From Candidatus Micrarchaeia archaeon (GTDB lineage: Archaea; Micrarchaeota; Micrarchaeia; CAILAH01): a stretch of DNA of 64,000 bases. The notes beneath the pieces are model-generated. The model ran no database searches, was not told the DNA's origin, and worked only from the letters and a program-made list of their open reading frames with translations. Below are positions 58,755 to 64,000 of this stretch, piece after piece. The DNA lies in NCBI GenBank assembly GCA_038874595.1, contig JAVZCB010000002.1:32001-96000 (forward strand), read 5' to 3'. Within the stretch, counting starts at the first letter, position 1; every line of letters begins with the position of its first letter. The position numbers were made by a program, and so were the translations under genes.

Positions 58755-60509
58755 CTACCTCTTTCTCTTAGCAGTCTCGTGCTCCTCTGCCTGCCCGCCC
58801 CTCCTTGTAGCAAAATATATCACCACTATCAGGAGAATTATCACTAATATTATTAAGCCAATCATCAGCGGGTCTATGCCTTTATCACTTGCAATACGCT
58901 GGAGTGGTACTACTGACTCTTTTGTTTTTTGCAGGAACCCTTCCCTTGCACCATATTTGAGTGAGACCTTAACTTCTTTGTTCGCCTCCAAATCAGAAGG
59001 GGATAAGCTAGCTGGCAGTGTTACCACAGTAATTGAGCCTACTGGCACTTTGGTTGTGGCTCCACCCTTTAATGTTGTTAAGCTTCCGCCCATAACAAGA
59101 GATACTGATGCCTGCACGTACGCATCCTGCTCGCCTGTGTTCTTAATGCTTATTCTTAAATCGCCATCTTTATATGAGACACCTGCAACGTCAACATCTG
59201 AATTATCCATAAACGAATACGTTGCAATATCAATTGACTTTGCAGTAAACGCTGTAAGGGATTTTGGGGTTTCCCCATATCTTACTATAACATCACCGGT
59301 AATCTTACCCTCCTCAATAGATGGCAATTCATAATCATACTCAAGCCCTTTCGTCTCGCCGCGCTCTATGAGTAAGGGTTTCGTGTCTCCCAGCACTTTC
59401 AGCTCAGTATCGTCCTGTTTTATGTGTATTTCTGTCTGGTAATATTCCGGCCCTTCTGCCTTGCTTGTGATTTCAAGCTCGATTTTGCCAGTCGCCTTGT
59501 TGTATTTCAGGGAATCTATACTCATCCCAAGGACGTATGAGGGGACCGGGAAAATATCAAGAGGGAATGTGCCCTGGGTGCCAGGCACTGACTGCCCAAA
59601 CTTTACTATTACAGCAATTGATTTGTCGCTACCCTCGCTCTGCAGCTGGGCCTGCACTCTTTTCTTGAGATCATATGCCGGGTTTATGAGATTGCTGCCT
59701 ATAAGGATATATGAGCCCAGCTTGCCCGTGCGGGCATTTTCAAGCACAAAATCATAGGTAGAATCTGCAATTATAGGTGATATCAATACCACTGGAAGCG
59801 TGCCATCAACCATCCCCTCTTCTATAAACGTGCCATCGGACATTATCGCCTGCTTAACACCGTGCTCATTTACCATTTTTGAAACCAATTCAACGTTATC
59901 CTCATACTTGTCTTCCCCTTTGCCTATTACAGTTGGGGAGTACTTCTCTAGCTTCTTTCTTGTTGCTGAATCTACATATCCGAAAATTGTTACTTGCGGC
60001 GAATCCTTCCTATCAAGAAATTTGACAACATTATCAACGTTTCCACTATACGCAAATATGACGTAAGATTTTGTCATTTTTGCATATGAAATCACTGAGA
60101 TTGCATTCTGGCCAAAAGAAGGGTCTATTATTATGAATTTGTTTACTCCTGACTTCTCTGCAAGGTCCAGGTTTGTCTTAAACCCATCTGCGGATACACT
60201 GTATAAAGTTACCTTGTTTGATTTTCTCAGCTCATTTTCAAGGAATGTCGTAACTGGGGTGTTTGCGGATTGTATAAGCAAAATATCCCTGCCTGAACCT
60301 ACCTTGGCTGCTGTAAGCTGATAGTTACCATTAAACGGCATAAACCGTGCGCCTATACCTATTGCGTTTGCATAGTAAATGCCTGATAATACATCAAGGC
60401 CGCTTTTTGAGTTTATAACAACATAATTCTCTGCAAACGCGAGCGGAAATGCAAACAAGAGCAACATCAATACAGCATGCTTGCTTATCATCATAACACC
60501 CCTACACAC
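58755..60509 (-). CDS. Membrane-anchored protein with cell-wall-binding-repeat-2-like N-terminal region and Ig-like domains
   Basis: Signal peptide; VINSKSGLDVLSGIYYA and IGKGEDKYEDN resemble CWB2 repeats; C-terminal TM with basic tail. Confidence 0.75.
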   Translation of the reverse strand: MCRGVMMISKHAVLMLLLFAFPLAFAENYVVINSKSGLDVLSGIYYANAIGIGARFMPFNGNYQLTAAKVGSGRDILLIQSANTPVTTFLENELRKSNKVTLYSVSADGFKTNLDLAEKSGVNKFIIIDPSFGQNAISVISYAKMTKSYVIFAYSGNVDNVVKFLDRKDSPQVTIFGYVDSATRKKLEKYSPTVIGKGEDKYEDNVELVSKMVNEHGVKQAIMSDGTFIEEGMVDGTLPVVLISPIIADSTYDFVLENARTGKLGSYILIGSNLINPAYDLKKRVQAQLQSEGSDKSIAVIVKFGQSVPGTQGTFPLDIFPVPSYVLGMSIDSLKYNKATGKIELEITSKAEGPEYYQTEIHIKQDDTELKVLGDTKPLLIERGETKGLEYDYELPSIEEGKITGDVIVRYGETPKSLTAFTAKSIDIATYSFMDNSDVDVAGVSYKDGDLRISIKNTGEQDAYVQASVSLVMGGSLTTLKGGATTKVPVGSITVVTLPASLSPSDLEANKEVKVSLKYGAREGFLQKTKESVVPLQRIASDKGIDPLMIGLIILVIILLIVVIYFATRRGGQAEEHETAKRKR

Positions 60510-60669
60510 TGTTTCTATTCCCTATTTTTATTACATTACTATAGCGTAATATTATATAAAGGAATCATACCTGCAGGAAATTGCCGTAGCAGGAATATAA
60601 TACCATAATACCGGCTTATTAATAGCACGCTCTTTCCAGGATACGTGCATCAGCGCATTAATGGATAAT

Positions 60670-60702
60670 AAGAAGAAATGCAAAAAAGAAAGAAAAGAGG
60701 TT
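60670..60702 (-). terminator. T-rich archaeal terminator after the 224-aa gene
   Basis: Minus strand ...cctcttttctttcttttttgcatttcttctt directly after the stop codon. Confidence 0.55.
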
Positions 60703-60708
60703 TCCAGC

Positions 60709-61383
60709 TTATGCGAGCTCTGCGTAGAAGTAGTATGTGGTCAGGCCTGTATCTGGCGTTGTTGGAACCATCAGCTCATAGTGTGCTGGGTTGCCAAGGT
60801 AGTTGTTGCCTGTTGCGTTTGCTGCTACGCAGAATGCATAATTTGTTGTGTCTGTAATTGCACAGGTCCTGAATGTATCTGCTGCATTGTTGCCTGTGTC
60901 AACTGCTGGAGCACTGTTAATAGCACCCTGGCCTGCAAAGTTCAGTGTGCATGTCCCGGTAAGTGTGTTGGTTGCGTTGTCTGCCGCATTACCTAAGTTA
61001 TAGAATGAGTTGACGCCTGCAGCAGTTGCAGCAGCTGCACCAAGGAAATTGAATGCACCACTGTTTGATGCACATACATAACCACTGTTAATCGTGGTTA
61101 CAGACCACCTGTAAACATAGTTTGTTGTGCTGCCTGCAGCAGAGGTTAAGTAAATCGTACCTGTCAGGTTTCCAAAGAAGGCTGCCCACCTGTCAGTTAA
61201 TGATGTTGCTGAGAGGTTCAGGTCTGAGATGTTACCACCTTCAATGGATATCCCCTGTGCTATCGCACTGCCCTGCCACCTAGCATAATAGCTTTGGGTG
61301 GAGTTGGTTGCGTTGTATGGTGTTGCGAACGCGAGGCCGAACACCATCAATACTCCAAACATGGCCATGTATCGCCAATTCAT
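60709..61383 (-). CDS. Small secreted Ala/Thr/Asn-rich 'A'-domain protein, putative major filament subunit
   Basis: Signal peptide; EGGNISDLNL...RWAAFFGNLTGTIYL...YVYRW...YELMVP...YYFYAEL; strong RBS AGGTGA. Confidence 0.85.
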   Translation of the reverse strand: MNWRYMAMFGVLMVFGLAFATPYNATNSTQSYYARWQGSAIAQGISIEGGNISDLNLSATSLTDRWAAFFGNLTGTIYLTSAAGSTTNYVYRWSVTTINSGYVCASNSGAFNFLGAAAATAAGVNSFYNLGNAADNATNTLTGTCTLNFAGQGAINSAPAVDTGNNAADTFRTCAITDTTNYAFCVAANATGNNYLGNPAHYELMVPTTPDTGLTTYYFYAELA

Positions 61384-61416
61384 ATTGTATCACCTGGAAC
61401 GTATTCTGCAGTAAGG

Positions 61417-61460
61417 TTTAAATATCTTATATGATATTCCTTCCCACAAAGAAGGATATC
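61417..61460 (-). promoter_or_regulatory. TATA box with adjacent inverted repeat upstream of the 224-aa gene
   Basis: Minus-strand tatttaaa at 61417-61424; gatat(t)ccttc-N7-gaaggatatc at 61433-61460. Confidence 0.45.
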
Positions 61461-61553
61461 TATCTGGTAAGAGTTACTGGCGTGAAATGATTGGTATTAA
61501 TAAGTATTTTGGTTGTAGAAAACTATTTATTTTGGGCCTGAGTAAATTACCTC

Positions 61554-62918
61554 ATGAAAACGCTAAAACACTCTAAGATTAATGATATAAAAGAGAACGA
61601 GCTGAAACAGACCTCTAATAAAGTTGAGTTTGCGAGGCTCTTTAAAGATATGCTAAAAGATGAAAATAAAGAAAGCCTGCTCACCAAATTAAAGGAGAAA
61701 GGCAAAAAGGCAATGATCACGCTTATCGCCGTCTCAATGCTTTATACTACTAACATAAACTGCGGTGAGAGTGTTCCACAACCGCCTGTCGTTGAGGATG
61801 CGGTAATAGCAAAGGATGCGTCTCCAAAAGAGGATGCTACTGCTCCAGATGATGTTAGTGACGCTGGGAAGGATGTACTGGAAGATGCTAAAGGGGATGT
61901 AGATGTTGATAGCGGGGTGGGTGATGATACCGCTACGGACGCTAAAGAGGATGTAAATGACGACAGTGGGATTGATGCTGGGGAACAGGTTGATGATGTA
62001 GGGCTTGATGCAGATGATACTATTGATGTTAACTGGCCGGATGCGGGAGTGGATGCTCAGGATGTTCCTGATACGGGTGATACTGGCGAGGTAACAGATG
62101 TATGTACGCCAGGAGAGTGGGAAACAAAAGCTGAGGATAAGAGCAGGGATGATATTTTTATATCAAAAGAAGGTACAAGCATAGGTGTGAATACAACGTT
62201 TAACGTAGAATACGAAACTAACGGCTGTGAAATCAACAATGAACATATAACTCGCATAATATACAAATTTTCACCCTCTATAAACCTAGATAAAATGTCG
62301 CTTTCCCAGGTGCAACTAGGGCTGTGTACAACTATTGATAATTGCGATTTGCTGGAGCTTGAATATCCCGGAGAAACTTCTGCGATAAAGCTGGCACAAA
62401 CTTATGGGTTCGGGCTAGAGAAGGAAATAATATTCGGCATAAAAAGGATTGTTGATAAATCAAATGAGTTTACCGGGTGCCATCCAATCTCACCAAAATG
62501 CTACACAATGAAAGAAACAAATGGTACAACTGAGAGGGATGTTCAGGTATGCTGCTTTGGGAATGGCCAGCAGCCTATCGATTTGTACTATAATAAGGTA
62601 AGGTATAGCGTTGCAACCACAACAGGTGCCACTTGCTTAAGTGCAGATGACAGGTGCTTGGAGCTGCTTACATTTACACCTAATGAAGACATAAGCAAAA
62701 TAAAGTACAGATTTTCCGTTGCCATCGACCAGCCATATATGATGGTTCAAGGAAAAACAATATGCTACGGCGACTCTATGCAGGTACCGCTGGGTAACGT
62801 TACAAAAGAGTGTGTTCCTTTCGAAAAAGATGGTAAAGTTTTCTCTGTGGAATATGTAGAGAAAGATGCAAATGGGGATATCAATAAAATCGCAATGAAG
62901 GTAAACAACAAGGAATAG
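61554..62918 (+). CDS. Lipoprotein-like surface protein with Asp-rich linker
   Basis: KGKKAMITLIAVSMLYTTNINCGE, DAG-rich acidic linker, Cys-rich C-terminal domain. Confidence 0.85.
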   Translation: MKTLKHSKINDIKENELKQTSNKVEFARLFKDMLKDENKESLLTKLKEKGKKAMITLIAVSMLYTTNINCGESVPQPPVVEDAVIAKDASPKEDATAPDDVSDAGKDVLEDAKGDVDVDSGVGDDTATDAKEDVNDDSGIDAGEQVDDVGLDADDTIDVNWPDAGVDAQDVPDTGDTGEVTDVCTPGEWETKAEDKSRDDIFISKEGTSIGVNTTFNVEYETNGCEINNEHITRIIYKFSPSINLDKMSLSQVQLGLCTTIDNCDLLELEYPGETSAIKLAQTYGFGLEKEIIFGIKRIVDKSNEFTGCHPISPKCYTMKETNGTTERDVQVCCFGNGQQPIDLYYNKVRYSVATTTGATCLSADDRCLELLTFTPNEDISKIKYRFSVAIDQPYMMVQGKTICYGDSMQVPLGNVTKECVPFEKDGKVFSVEYVEKDANGDINKIAMKVNNKE

Positions 62919-62944
62919 AAGATTTGCTTTTCACTTTTATTTGA

Positions 62945-64000
62945 TTACTCCAGTTCTATATATATAGTTATTGTGTTCCCTGCGCCTTCATATGTTGCGA
63001 GGGTATACGGAATCATTGCAGCGTACATATACTCACCGTACGTGTCAGGTTCTGGGGAAGGACTTGCCTTGACTGCCCATACCGTGGATTGTGTGCCTGA
63101 ATACTCACTACCACCATCTGATGTGTCCCATAATATACCTGTCTTGAATTGTGTTGGTCGTAGTGATGAGTTTGCAACGGGGACGTTTTCAACTGTCCTC
63201 TTGTAGATTGCATAACTGTCTGTCTCTTTTGGAATCGTCCCATCAATTGAATATGTCTTGTTTATATTATCTGGGAATGATGTACTTGAAAATGCCGTGT
63301 CAAGCTCAATGAAATCGTTAGAGCTCGCTCCACCGGAAGTATCCCTGCCTATTGCCTGAAGCGCTTGCCAATCAATTATCGAATCACCATCTGCAAAGTA
63401 CACGTTAACAGCCTTTGCATCATTCCACTTGTAGACATATCTTGAAAGCCCTCCTTCACTGTCTGTCAGATAAATGCTCCCATTAACATTTCCAAAAAAT
63501 CTCTGCCAGAGGCCTGAGCACGAGAATTCACAACCATAATGGTTATTCTCGGCCCACTGGTACCAGTAGTCACAGTAGTCTTTCTGGCCGCTGCTTGATA
63601 TCATTCCGTTAATATAGTTGTTTTCAATATCCATGTTATCATTAAAGCATATGTAGTTGCTTGAAAGTGTATAAGTGAGGCTGTTCTGGTCAAGATAGAT
63701 TCCCTTAACGGTGTTTCTTGATATATTATTACCACTTAGGAAAATGGTGTTGCTGTTCACTGAATTTATACCGTACGTGTTTGAAACTACTGTGTTGTTG
63801 TTTGCGTAAACACGTACTGAAGAGATAATATAGACACCCCCATACAATGCGCTCGGATTCCTGATGTAATTAAACTCAATGAAGTTATCCTCGCTTACTC
63901 CAAGGAAGTGCACTCCAGAATACTTGTTGTCAATAAAGGTGCTGTTTGCAATCAGGTTATATCCTGTACCATCAAGCATTACACCGTGTTGTGTATTATT
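62945..64000 (-). CDS. Partial (runs off right edge) beta-helix protein with C-terminal 'A' domain
   Basis: Frame stays open upstream of the listed Met to the window edge; NosD-like repeats, then WQRFFGNVNGSIYL...YVYKW...YAAMIP...IYIELE. Confidence 0.88.
   Translation of the reverse strand, partial: NNTQHGVMLDGTGYNLIANSTFIDNKYSGVHFLGVSEDNFIEFNYIRNPSALYGGVYIISSVRVYANNNTVVSNTYGINSVNSNTIFLSGNNISRNTVKGIYLDQNSLTYTLSSNYICFNDNMDIENNYINGMISSSGQKDYCDYWYQWAENNHYGCEFSCSGLWQRFFGNVNGSIYLTDSEGGLSRYVYKWNDAKAVNVYFADGDSIIDWQALQAIGRDTSGGASSNDFIELDTAFSSTSFPDNINKTYSIDGTIPKETDSYAIYKRTVENVPVANSSLRPTQFKTGILWDTSDGGSEYSGTQSTVWAVKASPSPEPDTYGEYMYAAMIPYTLATYEGAGNTITIYIELE

Overview
Archaeal chromosome segment. TFB, aIF5A, eS24, eS31, Kae1, NurA, Pth2, an archaeal-type SRP RNA and intron-containing tRNAs establish the domain. 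Compact, often leaderless genes and non-canonical tRNA introns suggest a DPANN lineage such as Micrarchaeota (inference). Left part (1-28.5 kb): housekeeping genes mixed with accessory surface/secreted proteins, including acidic-linker lipoprotein-like paralogs, a Cys-rich HEXXH protease, a lytic transglycosylase, a membrane protein ending in a Roadblock domain and two class III signal-peptide pilins. It also carries tRNA-Cys (170-nt hairpin-packed intron, duplicated flanks), tRNA-Asp (T-loop intron), tRNA-Ser, SRP RNA and an orphan structured small-RNA candidate. Middle (28.6-44.8 kb): 2-oxoacid (probably pyruvate) dehydrogenase, lipoylation and SUF Fe-S genes, then thyX. Right (44.9-64 kb): a minus-strand cluster of secreted proteins linked by three shared domains I do not recognise (A, B, C). 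Together they read as a chain from a membrane anchor through a five-copy hub to a small, separately transcribed putative filament subunit and giant beta-helix adhesins. This is the best candidate for an undescribed system, a non-type-IV archaeal surface appendage. All family calls come from motif recognition by eye; no searches were run.
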